64,000 nucleotides of DNA from a bacterium (GCA_043756865.1 JAYUQG010000019.1:101467-165466), one strand, 5' to 3'; numbered from the stretch's first letter, positions 25,234 through 35,400 are shown. Program-made: numbers and translations. Notes: generated from the letters alone by a model not told the origin.

Positions 25234-28125
25234 ATGAAGGAATACGACCCAAGCAAAATAGAAAAGAAGTGGCAGAAAGACTGGGGCACTATGGGTGCGT
25301 TTCGCACCACAGAAGACCCCACAAAGCCAAAGTGCTATGTACTCGACATGTTTCCGTACCCCTCCGGTGACGGCTTGCACGTTGGTCACCCGAAGGGATA
25401 CATCGCGACGGATGTGTACTCACGATACAAGCACATGATGGGTCACGACATTCTTCATCCCATGGGCTGGGATGCGTTTGGGCTACCCGCAGAGCAGTAT
25501 GCTATCAAGAACAAAGTGCATCCAAGAATTGCCGTTGAGAAAAATGTTGCGCGCTTCAAAGACCAACTTTCACATCTCGGATTCAACTACGATTGGTCAC
25601 GTGAAGTGAATACCACTGACCCGAGTTTCTATAAATGGACACAGTGGATTTTTAAACAGCTGTACAAAAAAGGCCTCGCGTACGAGAGCTTTGAGCCTAT
25701 CAATTGGTGCCCCGTCGACAAGACAGGACTTTCCAATGAAGACCTTGAAAATGGGAAGTGTGAACGGTGTGGTAGTCCTGTAGAAAAAAAAGCAATCCGA
25801 CAATGGGTGCTCAAGATTACTGCGTATGCAGACCGGATGCTTGCCGATTTAGATGGACTTAACTGGCCCGAGCATATCAAGGAGAGTCAGCGCAATTGGA
25901 TTGGCAAAAGTGAAGGCGCTGAAATTGAGTTTACACTTTCGGGATTTTCCGGACAGGACGACGGAACGCACAAGGTCAAAGTATTCACCACCCGTCCCGA
26001 TACGCTCTTCGGTGCAACCTACCTCGCTATTTCAGCAGAACTCGCACGCAAGTGGCTTTCCATCGGATGGGAAACCGCCGATGCAGTCAAAAACTTTGTC
26101 GCCGAGCTTGAGCAAGAAGAAAAAGACGGGGCATTTGATTTCAAAGAAGTCGCTCTGAAAAAAGGGATAGACACGGGAATAATCGCAACTAATCCCGCAA
26201 ATGGTGCGAAGATTCCTGTCTGGATTGCGAATTACGTCCTTTCTGGCTATGGCACTGGAGCAATCATGGCCGTACCCGCGCACGACGAACGCGACAATGA
26301 GTTTGCAGCAAAGTACGGAATCCCCATTATTGACGTCATTGCCAAGAAATACGTCGGGGAAGGTATACATGCCGAGCGGACAGGCGTAGAAACGGTTACC
26401 CGAAAGGTTGTAGATCCAATACTCCGAGACAAAGAGGGTAACTTTTATCTCATCAAGGAGGACGAGGCTCATGTGCATTTCGCGGGTGGGGGAATCGATG
26501 AGGGGGAGAGTGATATAGAAGCGGCGGGACGCGAGATAACCGAAGAAACAGGATTCACTGACTTTACCATCGCAAGAAAAGTTGCTCCCTCTATTGCGTG
26601 TTTTGGATACCGCCACACGAGAAACAGAAACCAGCGCTCGCTTGGCACGACCTATGAAGTGGTACTCAACTCCGATGCGCGAGTGCACTGCGAAGTTGAT
26701 GAAGGAAAACACGAGTTGATAAAAGTGCGGGGCGAGCACATGCTCAGCACCATCACTTGGCCGCACCACCAGTATCTCTTTGCACAGTACTTAGAGAACA
26801 GCCCAGCATACACGGGGAGCGGTATACTTTTTAACTCTGGAAAATTTGACGGCATGGAGAGCGAAGAAGCCAAAGCAGCGATTACTGAGTTTGTCGGAGG
26901 AAAGCTCGTCTCACAGTACCGTTTGAAAGAATGGGTGTTTGCGCGACAACGTTATTGGGGCGAACCGTTTCCTGTTGTCTTCGACAGTGCGCGCAAACCA
27001 TATATGGTTGCAGACAGTGAACTACCAGTTGTGCTTCCCAACGTTGAGAGCTACGAACCCACCGATACGGGGGAGAGTCCGCTTGCAAATATACGCGAGT
27101 GGGTGGAAGTATGCGGGTACATCAACGCCGATAACGAATTTGTTTCCTGTGACAAAAGCGATGCGCGGGCAAGCCGTTTTGAGCGTGAGACAAATACCAT
27201 GCCACAGTGGGCAGGTTCTTCGTGGTACTACCTCCGCTATATCGACCCGACCAACGCCACGGCACTCGTTGACAAGGAAAAGGAGCGCATGTGGTCGCCT
27301 GTGGATTTTTATGTCGGTGGTGCAGAGCATGCGACACGGCATCTTATCTACGCGCGGTTTTGGCATAAATTCCTTTTTGATATTGGTGTAGTGAATTACC
27401 CCGAGCCGTTCTTGCGTTTGCAAAACGTCGGGCTCATTATGGCAGACGATGGAAGGAAAATGTCGAAACGCTACGGTAATGTCATCAACCCCGACGACGT
27501 AGTCGCGACATACGGAGCAGACTCACTACGTGTCTACGAAATGTTTATGGGGCCCTTCGACCAGTCGATTGCTTGGTCGACAGACAACATGATAGGTGCG
27601 CGCCGATTTATCGAACGAGTATGGAGGTCAGCGCAGCGGGTTAGCGCAGATGCACCGCTTGTAAAAGAAACCGAACTCTTGCTCCACCAGACTATTAAGA
27701 AAGTGGGCGAGGACATAGAAAGCTTCAGTTTTAATACGGCGATATCCCAACTCATGATACTCCAGAATCATCTCGAGAAACTCGAGCAAATTCCGAAGGA
27801 AGCATATATGACGCTGCTCAAACTCTTCGCACCTTTCGCACCCCACGTCACTGATGAGCTGTGGTCGTCTCAAGGAGAAACGGAAATACTCTACAATACC
27901 GCATGGCCAGTATTTGATGCGGAGAAGATGGTTTCAGATACACTCACAATTGCAATCCAAGTGAATGGCAAGCTTCGAGATACGTTCACAATTGCATCCG
28001 GAACCGATGAAGAATCCGTGAAAAATACCGCACTTTCCCGACCGTCAGTTGCGAAGTGGTTGGAAGGAAAAGCTCCAAAAAAAGTCATTTACGTCGCAGG
28101 TAAAATAGTCAATATTGTGTTTTAA
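25234..28125 (+). CDS. leuS: Leucyl-tRNA synthetase carrying an inserted Nudix-hydrolase-like domain (about aa 375-530)
   Basis: N-terminal PYPSGDGLHVGHPKGYIATDVYSRY (HIGH region). Editing domain. C-terminal KMSKRYGNV (KMSKS). The insertion at nt 26350-26815 contains GGGIDEGESDIEAAGREITEETGF, a perfect GX5EX7REUXEEXGU Nudix box. 963 aa, compared with about 800-880 for typical bacterial LeuS. Confidence 0.9.
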   Translation: MKEYDPSKIEKKWQKDWGTMGAFRTTEDPTKPKCYVLDMFPYPSGDGLHVGHPKGYIATDVYSRYKHMMGHDILHPMGWDAFGLPAEQYAIKNKVHPRIAVEKNVARFKDQLSHLGFNYDWSREVNTTDPSFYKWTQWIFKQLYKKGLAYESFEPINWCPVDKTGLSNEDLENGKCERCGSPVEKKAIRQWVLKITAYADRMLADLDGLNWPEHIKESQRNWIGKSEGAEIEFTLSGFSGQDDGTHKVKVFTTRPDTLFGATYLAISAELARKWLSIGWETADAVKNFVAELEQEEKDGAFDFKEVALKKGIDTGIIATNPANGAKIPVWIANYVLSGYGTGAIMAVPAHDERDNEFAAKYGIPIIDVIAKKYVGEGIHAERTGVETVTRKVVDPILRDKEGNFYLIKEDEAHVHFAGGGIDEGESDIEAAGREITEETGFTDFTIARKVAPSIACFGYRHTRNRNQRSLGTTYEVVLNSDARVHCEVDEGKHELIKVRGEHMLSTITWPHHQYLFAQYLENSPAYTGSGILFNSGKFDGMESEEAKAAITEFVGGKLVSQYRLKEWVFARQRYWGEPFPVVFDSARKPYMVADSELPVVLPNVESYEPTDTGESPLANIREWVEVCGYINADNEFVSCDKSDARASRFERETNTMPQWAGSSWYYLRYIDPTNATALVDKEKERMWSPVDFYVGGAEHATRHLIYARFWHKFLFDIGVVNYPEPFLRLQNVGLIMADDGRKMSKRYGNVINPDDVVATYGADSLRVYEMFMGPFDQSIAWSTDNMIGARRFIERVWRSAQRVSADAPLVKETELLLHQTIKKVGEDIESFSFNTAISQLMILQNHLEKLEQIPKEAYMTLLKLFAPFAPHVTDELWSSQGETEILYNTAWPVFDAEKMVSDTLTIAIQVNGKLRDTFTIASGTDEESVKNTALSRPSVAKWLEGKAPKKVIYVAGKIVNIVF

Positions 28126-28291
28126 TGTGTGAGAGTAAAAAATACCATACAAACAAAGGGTTATTTGGCAGTGGAAAAACACCTCACAAGCACTTGACAT
28201 TGTTTGTTGTAATGCTAAAACTATAAATAACCGAGTATTGGAGGGAAACTGTCAATACCTGTTAATTATTTTTCGCGTTATTTTATTTCTT

Positions 28292-29326
28292 ATGAGCACA
28301 ACGAGCATTGCATTCAAACCAAAGGTCGTCACCAAGCATTTTCTTTCTGTGCTCCCAAAGCGCGCACAGGATGTGATTGCAAAGCGCTACGGTCTAGGCA
28401 TGGAGACCAAGAAGATGACCCTCGAGGCCATCGGAGAAACATATGGCATAACGCGTGAGCGCGTACGCCAGATTGAGAACTTCGCACTCACCACGATTCG
28501 CAAGTCCGATGCCTTCAAAGAGGAGGCTCCTGCATTCGCAGAACTCCGTGAAGCAATGGTGAAACTCGGTGGACTCGTTCCCGAAGAAGACTTTCTCACG
28601 AAAGTCTCCTCCGAGAAATCAACACAAAACCACATTCACTTTCTACTCGTGCTTGGTGAGCTATTTATCAAACACAAAGAGGACGACGACTTCGGCCACC
28701 GATGGAGTACCGACCCCGAGGTCGCAGAAAAAGTGCATGATTCCCTCCGTAAACTCTACTCCTCGCTTTCCGATGAAGAACTCATCGAAGAATCAAAAAT
28801 GATTGAGAAGTTCCTGAATCATCTCAAAGATGTTTCAGAGGAATACAAGAACGAAGAAATCCTTCGCCGCTGGCTCTCACTCTCAAAAAAGATGGGCAAG
28901 AATCCATTGGGAGAGTGGGGTGTCGCGCATTCACCAAACGTCTCAGCACGCGGTGTCCGTGATTACGCATTTCTCGTACTTCGCAAGCACGGTTCACCCA
29001 TGCACTTCACTGAAGTTGCGAGCGCAATCGGTGAACACTTCGACAAGCGCGCACATGTAGCAACAACACACAACGAACTTATCAAGGACAAACGTTTCGT
29101 CCTCGTTGGCCGCGGTCTCTACGCACTCTCAGAGTGGGGTTACTCTACCGGAGTCGTACGTGACGTGATTGCAGATATTCTCAAGAAGAGCGGACCTTTG
29201 ACACGTGAGGATGTCGTCGAGAAGGTGATGCGCGAGCGCTATGTGAAGCCAAACACAATTCTCGTCAATTTACAGAACCCCAAGTACTTCAAGAAGAACA
29301 AAGAGGGGAAGTACGTGGCAGCATAA
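28292..29326 (+). CDS. Protein with an N-terminal sigma-70 region-4-like HTH and a C-terminal HARE-HTH-like domain (resembling the RNAP delta N-terminus)
   Basis: LPKRAQDVIAKRYGLGMETKKMTLEAIGETYGITRERVRQIENFAL matches the sigma r4 pattern. The C-terminus FTEVASAIGEHF...DKRFVLVGRGLYALSEWGY resembles HARE-HTH. The start is placed at the internal ATG at 28292. Confidence 0.55.
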   Translation: MSTTSIAFKPKVVTKHFLSVLPKRAQDVIAKRYGLGMETKKMTLEAIGETYGITRERVRQIENFALTTIRKSDAFKEEAPAFAELREAMVKLGGLVPEEDFLTKVSSEKSTQNHIHFLLVLGELFIKHKEDDDFGHRWSTDPEVAEKVHDSLRKLYSSLSDEELIEESKMIEKFLNHLKDVSEEYKNEEILRRWLSLSKKMGKNPLGEWGVAHSPNVSARGVRDYAFLVLRKHGSPMHFTEVASAIGEHFDKRAHVATTHNELIKDKRFVLVGRGLYALSEWGYSTGVVRDVIADILKKSGPLTREDVVEKVMRERYVKPNTILVNLQNPKYFKKNKEGKYVAA

Positions 29327-29355
29327 CAGTCACAAGACTCAAAAATCAGAAAAAA

Positions 29356-29386
29356 CTGCACCATCTTCTGATGGTGCAGTTTTTTT
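29356..29386 (+). terminator. Rho-independent terminator
   Basis: ctgcaccatc ttct gatggtgcag followed by ttttttt. Perfect 10-bp stem. Confidence 0.75.
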
Positions 29387-29471
29387 GTCAAAATCTTCAC
29401 CTTGAAATTGGTGACTTGCGTCCTCCTACTTATCCTTTGTACTCATAACTTCATGCTATATACTTGTACTT

Positions 29472-30698
29472 ATGTTTGAACCGTTCACGAGTTTTTTCAA
29501 TAAGCCCATATTTCATGTCATGGGACAGATTTATGACATGTTTGCGCTTTTGTCATTCATCTGGGGACCGATTCTCCTCGTATGGCTGGCGCAAAAACTG
29601 TGGCTGGAGTACGTCCGTATCGCGTTCATCAGAAAAAACTACGAATTTATCCTTCTTGAAATCAAGCTTCCCCGCACTATAGATAAAACCCCGATGGCGA
29701 TGGAGCTCGTACTGCAGGCACTCCATCAAGGCGGTACGGGGAACTGGTATGACCGTTGGTGGGGCGGAAAAGTAAAACCGTGGTTCTCTTTGGAGATTGT
29801 TTCCATTGAAGGAAACGTAAAATTCCTCCTACGCACTCCGTCTAAATTCAAGAAGCTTATCGAAAGCCACATCTATGCGCAGTATCCCGCCATCGAAGTG
29901 GTCGAAGTGCAGGACTACATCTCGCTCGCTCCATACATTCATGAAAAAAATGAGTGGAGTATCTGGGGCTGTGAGTTTGCGCTGACAAAACCCGATCCAT
30001 TTCCAATCAAAACCTACGTGGACTATGGTCTCGACAAAGCGGGTACAAAAGAAGAGTTCAAGAGCGATCCCATTACATCAATGATTGAGTTCTTGGGTTC
30101 GATTGGTCGCGGACAGCAAATCTGGATGCAAATATTGACGCAGGCAAATGGAGAGCGCTATGCAACACCGGGAAAGTGGTTTAGCAAGCACGACTGGAAA
30201 GATGAAGGGAAACGGCTGATAAAGGAGATACAGGCAAAGTATGCAGCCCCAGACGGCCCCAAGCCATCCAAAGGTGAGATGGAGTCCATCGCCGCGGTCG
30301 AACGCTCACTTTCAAAGATTGGATTTGATTGTGGAATTCGCGCGATTTACATTGCGAAGAAAGAAAATTTTGACCCTTCAAACATAGCCGGTATTACGGG
30401 GGCATTTCGCCAATATAGTTCACCGACGCTGAATGGCTTCAAGCCCACAAACACAACCGGATTCGATTATCCTTGGCAGGATTACCACGACATCCGACTC
30501 AATAAAAAGAAGAAGAAAATTTTTGATGCATACGTGCGACGCTCATACTTCTATGCACCATACAAGAAAAAGCCTTTTGTATTGAATAGTGAAGAGCTCG
30601 CTACGATTTATCATTTCCCTGGTGGTGTGGCGGAGACTCCAACCTTTACACGCATCGAATCACGCAAGGGCGAACCTCCTGCAAACCTCCCCATTTAA
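29472..30698 (+). CDS. Hypothetical membrane protein with one N-terminal TM segment and a large soluble domain
   Basis: ALLSFIWGPILLVWLAQKLW helix. No recognised catalytic motif. Preceded by a CATGCTATATA extended -10-like box about 12 nt from the ATG. Confidence 0.55.
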   Translation: MFEPFTSFFNKPIFHVMGQIYDMFALLSFIWGPILLVWLAQKLWLEYVRIAFIRKNYEFILLEIKLPRTIDKTPMAMELVLQALHQGGTGNWYDRWWGGKVKPWFSLEIVSIEGNVKFLLRTPSKFKKLIESHIYAQYPAIEVVEVQDYISLAPYIHEKNEWSIWGCEFALTKPDPFPIKTYVDYGLDKAGTKEEFKSDPITSMIEFLGSIGRGQQIWMQILTQANGERYATPGKWFSKHDWKDEGKRLIKEIQAKYAAPDGPKPSKGEMESIAAVERSLSKIGFDCGIRAIYIAKKENFDPSNIAGITGAFRQYSSPTLNGFKPTNTTGFDYPWQDYHDIRLNKKKKKIFDAYVRRSYFYAPYKKKPFVLNSEELATIYHFPGGVAETPTFTRIESRKGEPPANLPI

Positions 30699-30699
30699 A

Positions 30700-31707
30700 A
30701 TGGAAGAAGAGCCTGTCGATTTACGAGAACAGAAGATTACCGTCTCACGCAAACCCAAAAGAGCGCGGGCGATATTTCTCTTTGTGTTGGTCAGCGTAAT
30801 TTTTGGCGGGTTTGCCTTTCTTTGGAATGAAACACGCCCACCCACAATATTTCCAGCGAGTGTCATTGTGGAAATACCTGCAGGAACTTCAGTGCGGGGC
30901 ATAGCGGAAATACTGCAATACAACGGGATTATTCATTCACCGACACTTTTTCGAATGCTAATCATACTTTCAGGTAAAGAGTCGGGCATACAGTCCGGTG
31001 CGTACTTGTTTTCTGAGCAGATGGATTTGTCGCAAGTCACTCGCAAGATGCTCACCACGGATCGCGGAATCGAACGCATACGCCTCACGATCCCCGAAGG
31101 TCTCACTTTAAGACAAACTGCAACACTAGTCGCCAAGGGGTTACCTGCAACTTCTGAAACTGATTTCTTAGCGTTATCCAAGGGCAAAGAGGGATATCTC
31201 TTTCCTGATACATATTTTTTCTTATCAAATGCAACAACCGGTCCAGTGGCTCTCGCAATGTCAGAGAATTTCATCACGAAAACTGCTACGCTGAAACAAG
31301 AAGCAACTGAGCTAGGCAAAGAATGGTCAGATATCGTTACGATGGCGTCTATTATCGAAGAAGAGACAGTCTCTGACTTCGATCAGCGTCTCGTTTCTGG
31401 AGTACTGTGGAATCGTATTAAAATTGGCATGCGGCTTCAGGTGGACGCTTCGTTTGCATACTTACTCGGAAAACCGTCGAGTGAAATTACCGTCACCGAC
31501 CTCGAACTGGATTCGCCATATAACACGTATCGCTATGCAGGATTACCTCCCGCTCCCATCGCAAACCCTGGGCTACGCGCACTGTCTGCCGCACTGTATC
31601 CCACTGCAAATAGTTATTTATATTATCTTTCCGATGCCGATGGCGTACTTCACTATGCGAAGACCTTTGAGGAGCACAAAGCGAACAAAGAGAAGTACCT
31701 AAGATAG
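30700..31707 (+). CDS. mltG: Endolytic murein transglycosylase MltG (YceG family)
   Basis: N-terminal TM. LTIPEGLTLRQTA...ASIIEEET...LQVDASFAYLLG...YNTYRYAGLPPAPIANPG. The start ATG abuts the stop of the preceding gene. Confidence 0.85.
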   Translation: MEEEPVDLREQKITVSRKPKRARAIFLFVLVSVIFGGFAFLWNETRPPTIFPASVIVEIPAGTSVRGIAEILQYNGIIHSPTLFRMLIILSGKESGIQSGAYLFSEQMDLSQVTRKMLTTDRGIERIRLTIPEGLTLRQTATLVAKGLPATSETDFLALSKGKEGYLFPDTYFFLSNATTGPVALAMSENFITKTATLKQEATELGKEWSDIVTMASIIEEETVSDFDQRLVSGVLWNRIKIGMRLQVDASFAYLLGKPSSEITVTDLELDSPYNTYRYAGLPPAPIANPGLRALSAALYPTANSYLYYLSDADGVLHYAKTFEEHKANKEKYLR

Positions 31708-31741
31708 CCCGTGGCGTCAAATATTTGGCGGGATAAAAAAA

Positions 31742-33139
31742 ATGCGCTATGGTAGTTTCATGCAACTGCAGATCGCAAATATTTCCAAGGCGTATTTTGT
31801 CGGTGTGGGTGGAATTGGCGTTTCCGCCATCATGCGCTATTTTGCGAAACAAGGTATTACACTCGTGGGCTCCGACATTGTACTTCCGCGGGCAGGATAC
31901 CTCCCCGAAGGAACGTATTACGAGGGTCCGCACCGCGACCATGTGCCCGCTGACTCATCGGTCTTGATTTATTCTCCCGCCGTACCTGAAACCAACGTGG
32001 AGCGCGTACGCGCACGCGAAATCGGCATACCTGAACTTTCTTACCCTGAGGCGCTCGCACTGGTGACTCATCCTCACCCCACAATGGCAATTTCAGGTAC
32101 CCACGGCAAATCGACCACAACAGCTCTTGCGGGAAAACTTTTTGAGTCAGGGAAGCTTGATGCAACTGTGATTGTCGGTGCAGACGTACCCGGATGGGAC
32201 AATAATTTTCATGAGGGGAAAGGGGATATGTTTATTGTTGAAGCATGCGAATATCGTCGCCATATGATGCATCTTTCGCCACAGGCAATTGTCCTCACCA
32301 ATCTGGAGCTTGACCACCCCGACTACTACCACGACCTCGCAGATATCAAACAAGCGTTTCGGGAGTACATCGGCAAGCTCTCAGGTGAAGACTTACTCAT
32401 CATCAACAACGATGATGCGAATATTCGCGACATCACGCGCGATTTCGACGCTATCATAGTACGATTCGGCGTCGGAGGTGGGGCAGACCTTGTTGCAAAA
32501 AATATTAAGCAGCTCGAAATGGAGCAACAGTTCGATTTGGAGTGGAAAGGCACAACCATAGGCACCTTCACCACACACTTACCGGGCCTCTACAATATTT
32601 ACAACATACTTGCAGCGACCGCCCCATACCTTGCATATGGAGGACCCCAGCAGGCCATACAAGGTGTACTCAGCGCATTTTATGGAGTGGGCAGGCGCTT
32701 TGAAGTACTCGGTGAGCGTGAAGGTACAATCATCGTCTCTGACTACGCGCATCACCCCACCGCACTGCGCGCTGTCTATGACGCAGCTTCGGCACGATAT
32801 GCCGGAAAAAACATCCTCACGGTATTTCGACCGCACCACCGCGAGCGCACAATAAAACTGTTTGACCAATTTATAGAAACATTCCTCGCAATTCCGCACA
32901 CCATACTTATAGAGATATATGACGTAGCAGGAAGAGAAGAAGAAACTCCAATTAGCTCGCGCGATGTTATCACCAAGGTGCTCGAACACGACCCGAGAAA
33001 GGATATCCTATTTGCAAAAGACATGAAGGATGCAGAGGAAAAGGTGAAATCAATGGCACACCTCTTTGATGTTATCCTTATTGTAGGAGCAGGCGATGCA
33101 GACCAGCTCGCAAAAAAAATGATAACTACTAACGCATAA
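31742..33139 (+). CDS. murC: UDP-N-acetylmuramate--L-alanine ligase (Mur ligase family, MurC-like)
   Basis: YFVGVGGIGVSAIMRYFAKQGITLVGSD. MAISGTHGKSTTTALAGKLF. TNLELDHPDYY. Confidence 0.8.
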   Translation: MRYGSFMQLQIANISKAYFVGVGGIGVSAIMRYFAKQGITLVGSDIVLPRAGYLPEGTYYEGPHRDHVPADSSVLIYSPAVPETNVERVRAREIGIPELSYPEALALVTHPHPTMAISGTHGKSTTTALAGKLFESGKLDATVIVGADVPGWDNNFHEGKGDMFIVEACEYRRHMMHLSPQAIVLTNLELDHPDYYHDLADIKQAFREYIGKLSGEDLLIINNDDANIRDITRDFDAIIVRFGVGGGADLVAKNIKQLEMEQQFDLEWKGTTIGTFTTHLPGLYNIYNILAATAPYLAYGGPQQAIQGVLSAFYGVGRRFEVLGEREGTIIVSDYAHHPTALRAVYDAASARYAGKNILTVFRPHHRERTIKLFDQFIETFLAIPHTILIEIYDVAGREEETPISSRDVITKVLEHDPRKDILFAKDMKDAEEKVKSMAHLFDVILIVGAGDADQLAKKMITTNA

Positions 33140-33150
33140 CTTGTTACGTC

Positions 33151-33708
33151 ATGAAAAATCTTAAACTCGCATTTGTTGATCTTGAAACCACCGGATTAGA
33201 CCCAATGAACCACGAAGTGATCGAGATCGGAATAGTGATTGCCGAGCAAGTACAGGGTGCAAATGGAAAACAGACACTCAACTTACTCTCCGAACACAAT
33301 ATTCAACTCCTGCCCACACATATCGAGAACGCCGACCCCAAGGGTCTTGAGGTAAACAAATATTACAAACGCGACTGGAGTGCCGCCGTACCACAACAAG
33401 AAGGCCTTGCAGCAGCCGCGAAGTTATTTGGCGGGGCTGTGTTTATCGCACAGAACGTGGGTGGAGATTGGGCGTTTCTACTCAAGGCTGGTGCTGACCA
33501 CGGAGTGAAGTTTGAGGGGACGGTGCATTACCACAAGCTCGACCTTGCTTCGATGGCATTCGGGAAACTCTATCATGAGCCGAAACTCTTCAAGTTTAGC
33601 CTGCGAGAACTCACAGAATATTTCGAAGTGACAAATCAGGACGCACATACCGCACTTGCTGACGCGCGGGCGACGTACGAAGTTTGCAAAAAATTGCTGG
33701 AACTGTAG
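33151..33708 (+). CDS. DEDDh 3'-5' exonuclease (DnaQ / Pol III epsilon-like)
   Basis: FVDLETTGLDPMNHEVIEIG (Exo I). HTALADARATYEV (Exo III). Confidence 0.8.
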   Translation: MKNLKLAFVDLETTGLDPMNHEVIEIGIVIAEQVQGANGKQTLNLLSEHNIQLLPTHIENADPKGLEVNKYYKRDWSAAVPQQEGLAAAAKLFGGAVFIAQNVGGDWAFLLKAGADHGVKFEGTVHYHKLDLASMAFGKLYHEPKLFKFSLRELTEYFEVTNQDAHTALADARATYEVCKKLLEL

Positions 33709-33736
33709 GATTTCCTAAGAACAACAGGGGGCGCAG

Positions 33737-33979
33737 TTGCACGACTACAGTAGACAGAATCTCATGGGTACGTTTGATTTGAATATCGGGCGTCTGACCG
33801 ACATGCTTGCGCGTTATTTCAATCATGACGACACGTACATGCTGGTGGACTTCACGCTCCACGACGGAAGTGTTGTCGAAGGAGTTCCCATCATGAACCT
33901 CACCACCGTGTGCCTCTATGCTGGTATGCAAGTTTTCAGCGAGCAGGACGTTCTGTCACTTGCGCCCACGCCACGCTAA
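33737..33979 (+). CDS. Small hypothetical protein (80 aa)
   Basis: ORF followed directly by a strong terminator. Confidence 0.4.
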   Translation: MHDYSRQNLMGTFDLNIGRLTDMLARYFNHDDTYMLVDFTLHDGSVVEGVPIMNLTTVCLYAGMQVFSEQDVLSLAPTPR

Positions 33980-33984
33980 ATAAC

Positions 33985-34010
33985 AACATCCGCCTGAGGC
34001 GGATGTTTTG
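33985..34010. terminator. Bidirectional rho-independent terminator
   Basis: acatccgcc tga ggcggatgt followed by tttt. Confidence 0.75.
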
Positions 34011-34053
34011 TAAATGCGTTTCGCCACCAAGTAGGATAATGGTGGGCATGTGC

Positions 34054-34419
34054 TTATTGTTCGGTGGGTGCCTGCGCATTCCACGTATCAAAGATTGCGT
34101 TCACGATCGCAATGCTGATGTCCGCACGCAACAAGGACGGAGTTGCCAAGCAGATTTTCGTGATGATACCAGAAAGCGTATCGTCAGAAACGTGCTCAAT
34201 CAAAAGTTGGATATTTACCTCGGCAAAACCGTGCGTAGTCAAATGATCGAAGACCACCATGCGCACGACGTCGCCCATTTTGATTACGTCGAATGACGGA
34301 GATGTCACGAGGTATTTCTCGAATCGACTGAGGCCAGCATCAGTCATTCCTTTGTCGAGCACGTTTGTGAGGTACTGTAACTGAGCTTCAGGAGAGGCGA
34401 AAACAAGGTGGGGGATCAT
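34054..34419 (-). CDS. Hypothetical protein (121 aa)
   Basis: ORF with no identifiable motifs. Ends at the bidirectional terminator. Confidence 0.45.
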   Translation of the reverse strand: MIPHLVFASPEAQLQYLTNVLDKGMTDAGLSRFEKYLVTSPSFDVIKMGDVVRMVVFDHLTTHGFAEVNIQLLIEHVSDDTLSGIITKICLATPSLLRADISIAIVNAIFDTWNAQAPTEQ

Positions 34420-34528
34420 CAGCAGTTCTTTCTCGGTTGAATGTATGAAGTTTGCAGAAACCTAGAATAGTTTTTATTATATAAATCTTCAAATGTCAAG
34501 TGAAAAATGTTGCAAATACTGATTTTGA

Positions 34529-34972
34529 TCAACTATCGAGCGGTGATGCCTGTTGCTCTGTGAGTTCTTCTGTTGGTGCTAAACAATTTTTTATTTTCTC
34601 GATAACGTTTTCCATAGTGAAATCTGATTTGATGAGGTAGTACGATGGCTCGTCTTTTGTGACACCACCCATAATTTTGTCATCAGCACTCAGATTGGTG
34701 AGCAATATCACGGATACGTGTTTCCCATATATACCTGACGTGCGTAGTTTTGCGAGCATGGTCATACCGTCTATGATGGGCATATCAATATCAAGAAGCA
34801 CGAGGTCTGGTTTTTCTGCGAGTATGAGCGCGAGACCGCTTTCCCCGTCAAATGCTTGGAGTACACGAAATCCCGTGTCCGCAAGTGCTCCCGCGAGCGA
34901 TTTGGAGATTACATGGTCATCCTCAATGATTGCTACTTTGTATTTTTTTGCGTCAAATTTTTCCTTTGTCAT
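34529..34972 (-). CDS. Single-domain CheY-like response regulator receiver
   Basis: KVAIIEDDHVISKSL...PDLVLLDIDMPIIDGMTMLAKLR...VILLTN...YLIKS. Paralog of 13015..13404. Confidence 0.8.
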   Translation of the reverse strand: MTKEKFDAKKYKVAIIEDDHVISKSLAGALADTGFRVLQAFDGESGLALILAEKPDLVLLDIDMPIIDGMTMLAKLRTSGIYGKHVSVILLTNLSADDKIMGGVTKDEPSYYLIKSDFTMENVIEKIKNCLAPTEELTEQQASPLDS

Positions 34973-34998
34973 GAGTGTGTTTGCGTAATTGTTACGGG

Positions 34999-35400
34999 CT
35001 ATTTGTTGGTAAAATATACTCGCACTTTTTCCATAATTTCTGGAAGTGCATGTTGTGATTTCACTATGTAGTCACTGGCACCCAGGGAGAGCCCGCGCTC
35101 GACGTCGTCGTTGCTACCCAGCATCGTGAGCATAAAAACGGGAATATGCTTTGTTTTTGCATTCTTTTTGAGTGCTTCGAGCACGTCAAAACCATTTTTT
35201 TTGGGCATTAGGAGATCAAGCAAGATTAAGTTTGGCTGCTGTGCATTCGCCAATCGCAAACCATCCTCCCCGTCATATGCACAAAATGTTTCAAAGCCGG
35301 AATCGTTGAGTTCCTCAGAAAGCACTTTTGAGAGTACGGCATCGTCTTCAACGAGAAGAATTTTTATTTTAGACTCTGAATTTAATTCTATGACTTTCAT
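34999..35400 (-). CDS. Single-domain CheY-like response regulator receiver
   Basis: KILLVEDDAVLSKVLSEEL...PNLILLDLLMPKKNGFDVLEALK...IPVFMLT...ASDYIVKS. Confidence 0.8.
   Translation of the reverse strand: MKVIELNSESKIKILLVEDDAVLSKVLSEELNDSGFETFCAYDGEDGLRLANAQQPNLILLDLLMPKKNGFDVLEALKKNAKTKHIPVFMLTMLGSNDDVERGLSLGASDYIVKSQHALPEIMEKVRVYFTNK

Noticed and set aside
26032-26769. 245-aa minus-strand ORF and other ORFs overlapping leuS
   Set aside because: Antisense to the leuS coding sequence.
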